Assembly: GCF_018350175.1 (NCBI RefSeq)
Contig: NC_058368.1
Span: 230,642,001 to 230,706,000 of the forward strand
From: Felis catus
Lineage: Eukaryota
Direction of reading: 5' to 3'
Length of the DNA stretch: 64,000 nucleotides
Numbering within the stretch: position 1 is the first letter of the stretch; every line of letters starts with the position of its first letter. The translations under genes and the position numbers were made by a program. The notes beneath the pieces are model-generated. The model had not been told where the DNA came from and ran no database searches. It saw only the letters and a list, made by a program, of their open reading frames with translations. This document shows positions 12,636 to 26,280 of the stretch, in pieces.

Positions 12636-15299
12636 GAGTATTTTTGCCCTTAATTTATGGAAAAGGAATGGAGGCAGAGCTTACCAGGAATTGTGATACT
12701 CACGTAGACCAGGGGAGAAGGGCTGATTCCTGGCGACCTTCTCATTTCAGCTCTCGGGGGACAGAGAGGCCCCAGGTAAAAACAGTTTTCAGCCTTGACA
12801 AAGAGCTCTAGCTAGCCTTTGTGCGCAGACCTAACAGATTCAGGTGCTGACCTCTGCTGCACACTTTCCAGAGTAAGAAAATGGGAGCAGGTGTGTGTTA
12901 CACTACCCTCATGCAGACCAATCTGGAAGCCACTTTGTCCCTTCATCTGAAATCTGTTAGTGGAAGTCTCTCCCATCAGGTAGTCTTGGAGGTATTTACA
13001 AGATGGTCCTAAACTTAATATTCCTATACATTGGAGACCTCCAAGTACTTAAGGGGAAGATGCGTAAGAACTAAATGGAGTGACCACCAGATGCACATAT
13101 GGTGAAGACCAGTTTCGAGCCCATGAAGAAGAACGTTGCCTGGATTCTCACGAGCTCTGAACCATTGAAAGTACCAATACAGGTGATAGTAGCTTTGGGG
13201 AATAATACAGTTTCATAAAGAAACAGGCTGGGAACTTTAACACAGAGACTGCAATTGGTAGAAGGACAGTAAAAGGAGAAGATAAAGAAAATCAGATTAT
13301 TCCTTGCGGCAATTTAAAGTTCAATGACTTTGAACTCCTCTTTCAGGTTTCTATCTCTATCTACTTGGAACAATTGAACAACCTCTAGTTTTAAGTTTAA
13401 TGTGTTAAAAATAAAAACCAATTTGAGGCACAGATATCATATCACCTTTTTGACAGCTTGGCTGGGTCTTGAGCTGAAGGGCACAACTTCTGGGTCATTC
13501 TCCTGGAGGCGAAAGACAGACGTTGAAAGAGTCCTTTATCGTCAGTATTAAGGATTAACGGCCCTTTCCTATTTGCTGTGGCTGTCCTTCATTCTGTTTT
13601 TCTTCCTTGAGGTTTCTTATCGAACACCTAGAAGGCAAAGGGGTGATGTGAATGGGGACTGTGGTCGAGCACCTGGTAAACTAAAATTCAAGAGAAAACG
13701 TCTGGTCTACAGGGAGTTAAAATGTTAAGAAGAAAAAATAGTAATCTAAGAGGCAAGTGATGTAAAAGATATGTGCCCAAGTTGTGTGTGTTTATGTAAA
13801 CCACTTCAAGCCTTCCTGAATGGCCCTGGGAAGTAAATGAATAATGAATTGATTGCAAGCTGGCTAGATAAGAAATACACACATGGCTATTTGGATAAAA
13901 GGAATGTCAGCTTAGCAATAACTTCCCAAAGAAAATATGTCTTCATTTCCCTTCTTCTTTGGAAAGCAAAAAAAAAATTTTTTTTCAGAAAAAAATGTTC
14001 AATTTTGCAATTTCAAAAAAAAATCATATACTAAAAGATCTGGAGGGTCGTGAGATTTCTTCTCAAGGTAATTAATCATTCCACAGAACTTACCGATTGA
14101 TCTGTACCGTCATCTCTAGCATCTGATGCACTGTTTTCCATGACATTGGGAAGTTCCTACCATCAGAGTTAAAACTGTGGGGTCCCTTCTAGGCATGGTT
14201 GCATGTAGCAATGTGAGAGTTCCATGTTTTAGTCACGGCACCTTCGCTCTGGATCGGTGAATGAGAGAGAAGGTGGACATGAGCTGTAACCAGGTCACCC
14301 CTCCTTGCTCCTGCAGTGGCTCAGGAAACTTCTCTAATCAAGAGCCTTAACTGGGTTTCCACTCTGCCCTGTTCCCTAGGCTCCCTCCTCCGACCTCCCT
14401 TCAAAGTTTCTGTGTTCACATGCATACAAGTTGTGGGCTATGTGCAGAAGTGTCAGAAGCAGGGTGGCCTTCTCGGAGCCTCTAAACATCCTCCTCATCC
14501 TCCTCAAGTGTGTGCTAATCCCCTCACCCACAGACAGCTTCCCTGCGAGGCCACATCTCTGTCATGCCTTTGCATTCCCAGAATCGGGTCTTACGAGGGA
14601 TTGGAAAGCTTTTGTTTGGTGCATCCTTACAAGAGTTTCTTCCTGAGTGAGCAGTTTCAGTATGCACTTTCCTGGTATTTCCTGAGATGTAAGTACTTCC
14701 GTGGTCCCGTTGTCATCTAAGCATCATGGAATCTGAACTGCTGAGCAAAAAGATGCTTTGTTGTAAGAGACGTTGTAAGAGATGTTGAGCAATCCATTGC
14801 TGTCTCACCAAGTAAAACCAAACCAGATCAAGAACTGTGCCACATTTCTCTCTAGCGTCTCCTTTGGTCTTAAAACATACAAAATGTTAGCTGATAGACT
14901 TATTGGGAAATATTTTATTTACCTTAAATGACATGTGGAGCATCGTGACTTCTTCATGACCGAAGAAGCCAAGGTTTTGATTAAAGCTATTTCCTGAACC
15001 ACTATGTGGAACCCCAAAGTATATCTTCTAAATTGTGAAACAAACATAACATGATCTGCCTCTGTTGATCATATTCAAGGATTTTTGTGGTCAGCAGAGC
15101 TTTACCTTCAAAAGAAAGGAATATATTTTTTAAACAATTTTTCAAATTGTTCCCATACACGAATACACTTTTTCGGATGCATACACTTGTGAAATAGCTC
15201 CCATCCTGCACGTGCTCTTGTAAGACTGCCCCTTCCCTATCCTTGCCACCACTTGACAGAGGATTTAAGGGAAATGCACAAATTCCCATGGAGACATTT

Positions 15300-17650
15300 T
15301 CTCCTTCTACCCTGACACCTGCCCCTTACCTACCATGCCACACTCCCACCTTTCTCTGAGGAGGATTTATGCCTTCCACCCCTCATCACCTCAGTCACCA
15401 CAACTGCATCGCTCAAGACTCTTGGGCCATCTGTTGTTACTGGACCATTAGCATTTAAAGATTCAGGATAGCCAGTAATCTGCCCCAGTAACCCACCTTT
15501 CTTTCACCTGCTTCCCATTCCTTTGCCCCTTTAGCCCATGGTCTGCTATCAGCAAAATCCCCTGTGTGCTTTGCCCACCCCTTCTTTTTGCTCTGACGCT
15601 GGGATATATCCCTGAACACACACTCCCCACACCCGCCACCCTGCTGCCCTCTCAAGTGGTGGCTGTTTCATTTGCCACGCCCCTCCCCAAGGGAAAAACC
15701 AGCATCTGTGAAGTACCCTCACCCCAGCAGCCTGTGACCCTTTTAGGATCTGCAGCCACCAACTAGTTTTCATTCTCCATCTCCTCAACATTTACACTTT
15801 CCTTTTTCCCAGGCATAGATTCCATGGGCTTCCATGACATTCTGTTTGCTCTCCCTGTCTCCTTCCAGGTTGCCTTCCTGACCACCCTCATCCAATTCAA
15901 TCAACTCCACACCTGCCACAGGGCAGCTGAATTTGGCTGGAGAAAAATAAGGAACGATAGGAACCTGTGGTCTCATTGTAAATTCATTGCCACGTGCCTT
16001 AAGTCGCCTCTCAGCATTCTGGCCTCCAGACCACCTGGCCATGGTCATCTTGCCCCCCACTTACCTTAAGAACCATTTCACACACCTTCCCTCCTTCCTC
16101 TCTTTTGTCCCCCTCCTCCCTTTTGTTCTCTAAGCTCCAGCTCTTCCTCACACTCCACTGATGACCTCACTTCTCACCCCACCCAGAGAACATGCAAGAA
16201 AACATGAGAGAATGTCCTTAGCCTCCCGCCACCAAATCTACAGCCTCCTTGCTGCATCTGTGACCACACAACCTGGCTGTCCTCCTCCTATTCCATGGCG
16301 CACGAGCCCATTGTTCCCAAATCCTCTCCACGCTCCTCCCTGAAATCCCCTGCAGCTTCTCGCTTCCTCTGTGGTATCACCGGCTCTTTCCTCCTCTCTG
16401 TTGAGTCACTCCCAAGGAAAGAATGAAATGCTCAGTATCTCCCAGGTGATCTATGAAAATAGCTCTTGTCACTCAAGTCTCTCCAAGCCCCATTTCTCCA
16501 CTCCCCTTAATAATAAAACTTTGTCAAAAGTGCTCTGTGCTCACCCTTCTCCTTCATCAATTCTCATTATCTGTGGAGCCCACTCCAGTTAGATGTTTGC
16601 CAACCTGACCAAAGAACTTTTGCCCCAGTCATAATGGCTTCCATGTTCCCCAGGCCAGTGGCCAGTTGCTGGTCCTGCCTCTCATCCAGTTGGTCTTCTC
16701 CTTTACCCATCAGCTTTCCTAATCTGCCTGATCTCATACCTTCTTTGTCCTCCTCCCAGCTCTCTCTGTCCCTTCTCAGACTCCTCACACCCTCTAAATA
16801 CTAGAGTATCCCAGAACTCATTCCTGTGTCCCCTGTTTTCTTCCTTTATCTGCATTCACATTTCTATCCATTCTCCTTGTTTCAAATAACATCTCTATGC
16901 TCAACTCCAAAATTTTATCTCCAGCCCTAAAATCGCTCTTGAAACCCTGATTTGCAGATTCTGGTTTATTCTGTATCTTCTTTTTCATGTCCAACAGGCA
17001 TCTCTACCCAACTTGTCCCAAATGGCAGTTGGTTTCAACACCTAAAGCTACTTCTCTCCCAGTATTCCTTGTCTCAGTAAATAGCACTTCCAGTACCCTG
17101 TTGTTCATACCAGGAACACTGGGGTAAAGCTTGACTCCTCTCGCCTACACCCAACAGCCAGGTCATCAGCAAACCCTCCAACACAGATGCCATATCTGCC
17201 CTTTGCCCATCATCTGCTGCTGTCCAAGCCAGGGTTGTGTCTCCCTCGTCCAACGGATAGTTTCTTCCTTGGTCTCCCTGCTCTCCCCAAACTGTTCTAG
17301 TCACTCCGAAGGCTTCTTATCTTTCTGGAGCCTCTTGATCGCTCCTCAGCCACAGGGACTTCTGGTGGCTCTCACATGCGCTTAGCCCACGTCCACCCGC
17401 GTTCCCATCTATTCTTCCCGTGGCTTGGAAGCCCCAGCCTGCGTCTTCGGTACCTGGCACCTTATCATCCTCCAGGTCCCTGCTGCAATGCTAAGTGGTC
17501 CCAGAGCAACACACATGCCATAACCATATCCCATAAACTAGCCACACCAGCATCTCCACACTCCACGCTCCTTGATCCCCTAACCTTGCTTTATGTCTCC
17601 CTTCAAATACTTACAAGTGTGCCACATTTCAGTGTTAATATTTCTTGACT
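15300..17650 (+). mobile_element. Degraded L2 LINE fragment
   Basis: C/T-rich degraded ORF2/3' motifs (ggctggagaaaaa, tggtctcattgtaaattcat, tctccagccct, tctcagtaaatagcac). Confidence 0.65.
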
Positions 17651-18794
17651 TGCTTCGTGTTTGACTTAGGTGTCCCATTAACTGTCTAAGGCTGACTAAA
17701 ATGGGATAATAGTATCCAGCCTATGAGATTGTTGAGAAAGTTTTGCCTTGTGGTAAAGGTAGTGCTAGGTAAGCGCTAGATAATAGCTTTTAAAATAGCA
17801 TACTTCTCACCTTGGCTTTTTCCTACCAGCCAAACAGAATAGGAACAAGAATTAGATAAACAAAGACAGAAATACTGAAATGAGTATGAATTTTATTCTT
17901 CATTAACTTCCGTCTATTTATGCTTGCAATGATTCTTTATAGAACATTGAGTCCCTTAAAAATCTAAATATAATCAGAAACAGAAAAAGCCAAAAGAGTT
18001 GAAGTGGTTGCCTCTATGAAGCAGGAGTGGGGGTGAGGCAGGTGTCTCCTTTTCTTTGTTGTAGTTTTAGGTCCCTTTGACATATGACTTCGATGCAAAT
18101 GAAGTTGAATTAAAAAAGAGAAAACACTGGGAGGATATACATGCACATGAGTTCTTGCCGGGGTGAAGGGAGGGTGGAACTCCTGGCAATTTTTTTTCTT
18201 CTTTATGCTTTCTAAATTCACAAAATATGATGTACAATGTGTTGATTTGGCTTTTATAATGAAAAAATGGTACATGTGCATCTTTGTATATTAACTGAAG
18301 GCTTAATGGAAGACTTAATTGGTAGGACACATTTCGAATATGCTCTAAAGTGAAAAATACAGTTCCTGGGTTAAACCAGAGAACATACCCATCGGGGCGT
18401 GAAGACACAGTGACGGTCACGCCAAAGGCCTTGAGCAGGTGGGGCCGGGGCATTGGCGGCCAAGGAGGTTGGAAGCAAAAATGGGGGATCACCTGGCAGG
18501 GAAGATGCTGCTTGGCATTGTGATTGCAAACTGATTGGTCCTCGGGGATAAAAAGCGTAAATACTTTTGGAAGACTTCAAGGCAGTTGAAAAGAGGGCCA
18601 GACAGAGCTGGAAGCAGGTAGGTAAAGATGAGACAGTTTCAGGGTCATCTAACATTTTTATCATCATGTTTTCGTTCAAATCTTCTGGCCATTTATTCAA
18701 CGTTTGGGAAGGAAAGCAGGCCCACCCCATGTCAGGCTGTCCGGAGGGAGCAAGGTGGGTGTCTGTTCACACTTGTCTCTGGGAACCTTGATGA

Positions 18795-19076
<282 letters not shown>

Positions 19077-19873
19077 TAGCCAGCCAGGCCTGCTGTCCCT
19101 TGGCCCCAGAGCCCTCCTTCCCACCGCTTAAGTGACTCCCACAGGAGGAGAGCTGTCCGACTTGGACATTTGCTAGAAGTCTCAAATGAGTCTGTTTTCT
19201 TTCATAGCGGTGGTAACTTTGTGTTGTGTTTACACAGACTCAGAGCAAATCTCTCAAACAGATTTCAAAAAATCTCTAACAGGTGTTAGACCTGCATTTA
19301 GTCAGTGACAAGAATAAAGACAGCTGTCAGATGTTTGCAAATCAGGGTTTTCTATGCACCTTTTTCCAACTTGGAATAGTTTGAGTAACATTGTATTGAT
19401 TATCACTGGAATAGCAGAGTAGTGGAGAAAGGGCATGCTCTTTCTTGCTCTAGAATGACATACATTTGAATATCCCATTGAGGGTCTCATTACCACCCCA
19501 TATCTGATTAGCCTGTTGTTATTACCTTTAAACCAGCTGATAAATGATAAAGTCTTGTTACGAAGCAAAACCGTAACTTTTAAGTCACTCAGTTTAATTT
19601 TCTTTCTGGTTTTGTCACATTTCTATTGCTTACATTTTGAACTAACTGTTCTTATTTACTTATAAAGACACTTTATACCCTTTTACAATCACATTATATA
19701 CTGCCCAAGATTAAGGAAAAAATTAAAGGCAAAATATGAGCACATCATTTACTATATAAGAGACATAGTCTTTATTGTTTTTATTCACAGTGTAAGTTTG
19801 AATTTTTTATTTCTGCGTTTTGGGTTTTGTTGTAAGAAGGAAGCATGGATAAATAATCCTATCTATATGTGTG

Positions 19874-19884
<11 letters not shown>

Positions 19885-19929
<45 letters not shown>

Positions 19930-19939
19930 AACACACACA
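19885..19939. repeat. (CA)n microsatellite, interrupted, preceded by a short (CG)n
   Basis: Read directly from the sequence. Confidence 0.95.
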
Positions 19940-20316
19940 GCTATATAGGCTTTTATTTAAGAGTGTCTCCTTGCTCTTTGCTGCCCTGGCCCTGGTGAGG
20001 AGCTACGAGACCTGCATCTCGGAGGGCATGGTAGAAGGGCACTCCCCTGCCCTTGAGATCACTTGCCATAAAACTTTACATCGCACTTTACTGTCAAAAT
20101 GATGAGAAAATCAGACATGAATGGGGCATATTTGACTGAAATAAATCACTCTCTCCCAGCCCCATGAAAGCTTCTATTTTTAGTGTGATGTTACTGCTGC
20201 TAACGTTTAGTCCCCCACTAGATGAGAATCAGAAACCTCCGTGTAACTGGAGAAACTTCCACCTGCCTCAGAAGCACAGGGGTGGCCTTTTACATGTCTT
20301 ACCTCCATACGTCCTT

Positions 20317-20499
20317 GTTTTTATGTTTTGTTTATTTTTTGAGGGGGGGGAACGGATAGAAAGAGAGGGGGACAGAGGATCCAAAGTGGGCTCTGCGCTG
20401 ACAGCAGAAAGCCCGACACGGAGCTCGAACCCATGAGGCCTGAGATCATGACCTGAGCCTAAGTCAGATGCTCAACCGACTGAGCCACCCAGGTACCCC
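20317..20499 (-). mobile_element. Can-SINE
   Basis: SINE body and head. TSD ttacctccata at 20299-20309 and 20500-20510. Confidence 0.93.
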
Positions 20500-21240
20500 T
20501 TACCTCCATAAGTCTTAGAAAGATAAAGACCAGTGAGTCTGAGAAGCACGAGGATGGGTTCTTTCTAAAGCCCTAACTGTGAAGAGCCCCTCATTGTTAG
20601 GAAGATGCGAAATGGCATAATGGATTGGAAGATGCCTGGAAGGAGAAGTGGTGGCTTATCAAGACGCTATCCCAGCCATTCAGCTAGGCTGCCACCCGGT
20701 ATTTCCTCATGAGGCACATTGAAGACATCTAGCAAACACTTGTTGGCATGATTGGATTTTTCCAGGAGTACGATCTTAGTTTCCTAGCGACTCAGACTAG
20801 TGTGTGAGGTCTTGAGATAATTACACACTTGACGTAGCTTAATAAACCCACCATCTGCACACTATTAGATGCTAATATTGAGAACTTTGGTCAAGAGGCT
20901 CCAAAATATTGTCCCTTCGTGGTTTCCCGGCAGTGACTCATAAAAGGCTAGCCTTTATGCAGGAAGACCTAGAAACGAAGGAGTAAGGGCAGGGAAAGGA
21001 CTTTCCCAGGAGAGGACAACAGAGAACTGAAGATAAGAGAGGGGCAGAGGTGGAGGAGGTGAGGGAGACACAGTGGCCGATGTTCTGAGAACACCCAGGA
21101 ACTGGATACACACAGCCCAGCCACGTTATGTAGAGCAAACATCATTTTCTTCCCTGTCTCCCCAATAGACTTAACACCCAGAGATCCAGAGATTCCGATC
21201 CAACAGGTTCTGGGTGGGGTTCAAGTATCACTATATTTTT

Positions 21241-21256
21241 ATAGTTTATTTATTTT

Positions 21257-21304
<48 letters not shown>

Positions 21305-21475
21305 ATGAGCGGGGAAGAGGCAGAGCCAGAGGGAGAGAGAGAATCCCAAGCAGGCTCCACACCATCAGCACAGAGCCCAGTGTAGGGCTCGGTCTCACGA
21401 ACCCTGAGATCATGACCTGAGCCGAAATCAAGAAGTCAGATGTGTAACCAACCGAGCCAGCCACCCAGGCGCCCC
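21241..21475 (-). mobile_element. Can-SINE inserted into a MER5-like element
   Basis: Long (GA)n, SINE body and head. Imperfect TSD tcaagtatcactatattttt / tcaagtaccagtattttt. Confidence 0.94.
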
Positions 21476-22029
21476 TCAAGTACCAGTATTTTTGAAAGTA
21501 TTCCAAGGATTTAGTTCTAATGGGAGGCCAGGATTGAGAACCTCTCAGGGTTTTGAGAGCTGAGCAGAGAGCCTCGATTTTGTTTGGATAGGTTTGAGAA
21601 GCAGGCAGGGCGCCTCTCGGGAAAGGATGGGGGCAAAGGCCCCGTCTGTTTCTCTCCTCAGCCTTTGGCTGTGGTGTCTGCTAAGCACTCTGCCTCTGAT
21701 ACCGGTTTATTTGCATGTCTGTTTCCTGACCTCCTCGAGTTCAGAAGGTGACATGATTCATGTTTCTGTTCCCAGTGTCTAGCGTAGGGATTTGCCCATA
21801 GGAGATACTAAGCTTGATGAAATGCACCAAGCGGCTCAGACACGGAAAAGAAAAGGACATTGAGGGAACAGGCAGGCCCGGTGGGCTGGAGCTGAGGGAT
21901 CCTGCGGAGGGTGTGAATGATAAGCTGAAAGATATACTGAGGATTGACTGGAAGGGGCTTGGATACTACTGGCAAAGAGGGCTTTATCCAAAAAAATCAA
22001 GAGTTCCCCAGAGCTCCCCTAGCCTTAAT

Positions 22030-22166
22030 AATTACCAGGTATGCTTGTTAAGTATAGACTCCTAGACCCACCCCCTGAAAATTCATATTCAGAAGGTCTG
22101 GGGTGGGGTCCTGGAATCCCTGGATTCTAGATGAGTCTTAAGGTGAAACAAGTTTAAGAAGCACTG
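22030..22166. mobile_element. MER5A-like fragment
   Basis: tgcttgttaag...agactcctagacccaccccc...aggtctggggtggggtcctggaatc...tttaagaagcactg. Confidence 0.65.
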
Positions 22167-23255
22167 TCCTCGGGCATGGAGGCTGGGGACAGATCTGGGA
22201 CAGAAGAGTACCACACCCGGGCTCTACTGAGATAGGGGCAATTGTCTAGGCTCTAGACGCCAAGTGGTGTCACTGAGGAGCACAGACAGCGGCTGCCTCA
22301 CTGCCACCCACACACTCAGACCTGCACTCCTTCCGACCCATCTCAGCACCGGTAGGGCTGTTCACCTGCTGCCGACCGATCCATTCTATCTTCTAAGAAA
22401 TCTAGACCTCTTTCTGTTTGCTTCCCTACCTCCAAGGTTAGTCTCTCCTCTATTCTGAGAGCACTTTAAAAACTCGAGGGCTTCCCAGAGGGATCCTTTA
22501 ATTACGACCCATTGTTTTAGATATGGAGACCCAAAGAGATGACAGGGCTCACTCCTTGGGTCCGGGTGCAAGGCGTAGGTAGGAGATTGCTCGGGGCATT
22601 CATCAAGGATGTCTTTGCGCACCCCTGCCCCAGCCCCCTCCACAGGCTGATCTGTGCAAGTTGGGTCACGCCAGCCCCACAGAACATCCTAGCTGCTTCC
22701 TCTGGCTTCCTTTAGGGCAGTCTCTGAGTCACGCGGCATTTAAGTAAAACCGCATTTATTTTAATCAGAGATTCTTCAACATCAGTACCAGCGCCTCTGA
22801 AACACCTGATGTTTAAAAAGGAAGAAAGGAAGAAAAGAAGGAAGAGGGGAAGGGAAGGAGAGAGGGAGGGAGGGGTAGGGAAGGAAAAGAGAAGAGAGGA
22901 GACAGAGAAAACAAGCCTGATCTCATTCTGAAAACTGTCCTGTGCACCTTAGGACATGTCCCCATCAAGATGTCTTTTAAGAAAGACAGGATGTCTTTTA
23001 AGAAAGATGGCCTCAGGAGATCGCCTTTAATTTCCTGCCCCCAAGCTGCATGCTCCCATAACTATAAAGCAACGAATGACAAGGACAAGGGGAAGGGGTA
23101 AGACAAGAGCCAAAAGAACACAAATCAGCAGGTCCACGCACACATATTGCTTCAGGTTGAGTCACGTGTCTTCAGGACCTTAGCTGTTGGTGTGAAAAGC
23201 TATCCGTGCTGCAGAATGAGACACACAAAGTCTTCCTTTTGATTTCTTTGTGTAG

Positions 23256-23387
23256 CAAGTGCCCCAGCTTCACCTCGGGAAATGATCAGCCTCAAGGAAA
23301 GGAAAACAGACTATGAATCCACTGGGAGCAATGCCACTTACCACGGGACTAAAGGAGAACACACTTCCAGGAAAGACACCATGACAG
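23256..23387 (+). CDS. CTNND2: Delta-catenin internal coding exon (132 nt, phase 1 to 1)
   Basis: Acceptor tttctttgtgtag|CA, donor ACAG|gtgagc. Encodes (A)[43 protein letters not shown] in frame with the previous exon. Confidence 0.97.
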
Positions 23388-25114
23388 GTGAGCTCAGCTT
23401 CTTGCGTATTCTCCTCAGAGCCGGTGGCTTGATCCGGGACAGGGCCAGGCCGGGAGACTTCAAACCATGCTTGACAGCTCAGCAGGACTTAGCAGCTAGA
23501 GGGTCACTTGAGAGCTTGACAGCAAGGATTCTCAGGAAGTGGGGATGAAATTAAGCCAGAGGAATATAGCTGAGCCTCTTATACCTGAAAATAACATACC
23601 TGAAAATAACTAAGAGAAAATGTTCTCTATGCACATTGTATTCTCATTCTTTACCTACCCCTTTCCTTCTCATCTGCTCATCTCGTAACATTCCCTCAAA
23701 TGAGAGAGAGGAGTCACCATAGATTTTCTTCTTGACTGACATAATCCAGGTGGAGAGGACCCAAGATGGTGGGTGCACTATGGCCAAGCTTTGCTATTCT
23801 CAACAGAAGGAAGGGAAAGTGGATAAGAAAAGAGGGGGAAGGAGGGGGGGCGGTAAAGAAAGAGATTTCAATGAAACCCTCAGAACTCCTGTGGAGACAT
23901 TTTCTCTTCTTGACATGAAACCAATCTCTTATCGTGACAAACTCCTAAGAAGATTCATTAAAACCAATAATCACACTTTCTATACGGAGGCATTGATCTT
24001 TTCTGCTCTTTATCCCTCACTACCCCAATCATACCCATTGCCTTTCCTTTCTCATCAGCTGGGACCCCATCAAGGCAAAAATTGGTGCCCAGCACCACCC
24101 ATCCAGCATGTGCTGCTTGGCCTTTCTCATGACCAGCCTTGACCTTAACTCCCCTTCTGCTCTGAGCAACTCTCCTTGGGGCAGTGTTACTGTTCCCATT
24201 CCTCATCCCCTCCAGGCTCTCCACACACTTCTCCCTGTGCTGGTTTTCCCCTCCTCCAAGAGACAGGACCTGGAGGTTCTGCCGTAGAGGAGGTTGTGCC
24301 TGGAAAGCAGAGCTTCCAGAGCCATCGGGACCTCTAACAGGGATTCCACACCCTTTTTTTGCCACGTGACATAGAGACGGATCCCTCTTGAAAATAGGCT
24401 GTGAGGAACATGGCCGGATGAGGCCATTCACAAAACCGGGGTATAAAGGGAAGAATCCTAAACAGACATTGAGAACTTCTTATCAAGAGGATCTCCAAAG
24501 TGTGAGTTTCTCAGATATTATTTAGGTGTAGACCTGCAGGGAAGCAGAAGAGACAAATTGGATGATTTATTAAGGTGTCTTCCGGACCCAGGCCATCTAA
24601 GATAAATCTTTCTAATGGTAAGTGCACTTACCCCAGAGGCAGTGTTTTCCATGGTAACCGTGCATGACTGCAAAAAAGACAAGCACAGTAAACAGATGCT
24701 CCCGATGCAAACTCCCAGGTCAGCACTCTGCCTCCACGTACAGTCCCTACCAGGGAACGTCTCAGCCTAATGCCTGAACTCGTTATGCAGGATATACCTT
24801 CTTATTCTTACGTGCTGCTTTCCCCCCTTAAATGTTGGCCCAGTTGTAGACGAGCATGAACAAAGAAAGCTATGAATCTGAATGCCGAGTCCCTAGAGCC
24901 AACACATTCAGCAGAGAGTCTTATTTGTACCAATTACTCCAGAGTAGTGACACCAAATCCACCTGCCCCATTCGTTTTGTGGTTCTTATTGCCCTAGGTG
25001 GCCACATCACTGGCTGTCTGAGATGACCCATTGAGATTATAATTACAAGAATAATTGTGAAACTGTATTGTTATTTAATATTTCTTTCTTGCCCAGTAGA
25101 ATTATTCAAAAGGC

Positions 25115-25331
25115 TTTTTTTTTAATGTTCATGTATTTATTTTGAGAGAGAAAGAGAGAGCTTATGAGCAGGGAAAGAGCAGAGGGAGAGGGAGAGAGCA
25201 AGAATCCCAAGCAGACTCCGTGCTGTCAGTTCAGAGCCCGATGTAGGGCTCCACCTCACGACCTGTGAGATCATGACCTGAGCCGAAATCAAGAGTCAGA
25301 CACTCAACCAACTGAGCCACTCAGGCACCCC
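25115..25331 (-). mobile_element. Can-SINE
   Basis: SINE tail, body and head. TSD tcaaaaggctttt / tcacaaggctttt. Confidence 0.94.
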
Positions 25332-25683
25332 TCACAAGGCTTTTAAATGTGGGTGTTTTTATGTTGAAATATTTCCAATGGTACATAATCATGCCCTGCA
25401 CACATAGTAAAATAAACAATAAAATCTAACATGTTTCCAGATGTTTAATCTTCCTAGAAAATGGCAGGGAGCTTGGTAATTCCAGTATTGAGGTATATGT
25501 AATTTTTCAAACCCGTTTAAGAGGCTTAACCGTCTTTGCTCTAATGTACTTTAAACAATTCAAAAATACGCTATCGGTCATCTAGCACGCCTAGAAGAGC
25601 AGAGGTCTTTATTGAACAATACATTTATACAGGATGTTGCCTTTAAGCCGAGTTCTGTGTAAAAGTTAGTTGCTGTTATCTAC

Positions 25684-26280
25684 AGTGATGGTAGTGGTGG
25701 TGGAGTTGCTAGTGGAGGTGATGATGGGGGTGGAGGTGATGACGGTGGTAGAGGAGGTAGAGGTGAAGTTGATGGTAGTGGAAATATGGTGGTGATGGTG
25801 GAGGCAGTGATGGTGACGGTGGAGGTGGTGATGGAAGAGGTGGTGATGGAGGAGGCAATGACGGTGGTGATGGTGGGATGGAGGTGTTGATGATAGAGGC
25901 GGTGATGGTGGTAACACAGGAGATGGTAATCAGCAGGTAGAGGTGGAGGAGGTGATGGTGGAGGTGGAAGAGGTGGTGATGGAGGAGGTGATGATGGAAG
26001 GATGGAAACGGCGGTGATGGAGGGTGCAATGATGGTGATGTTGGAGGGGGTGATGATAGAGGCAGTGACGGTAGTGACAAAGGAGATGGTGAGGGTAGAG
26101 GAGGTGATGGTGGAGGCGGTGATGTTGGAGATGGAGGGGGTGATGACAGAGGCAGTGACGGTGACGACACAGGAGATGGCGATGGCAGAGATGGTGATGG
26201 TGATGGAGGAGGTGGAAGAGGTGATGGTGAAGGTGGTGACGGAGGAGGTGGTGACGGAGGAGGTGGTGGAAGGAGGAGGC
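25684..26280. repeat. G-rich (GGT/GGA/GAT)n low-complexity tract, about 600 bp
   Basis: Imperfect trinucleotide repeats with almost no C on the + strand. Confidence 0.95.

Noticed and set aside
22969..23610. Short tandem duplications (gatgtcttttaagaaaga x2 at 22969/22990; atacctgaaaataac x2 at 23581/23596)
   Set aside because: Ordinary slippage micro-duplications with no inserted cargo.
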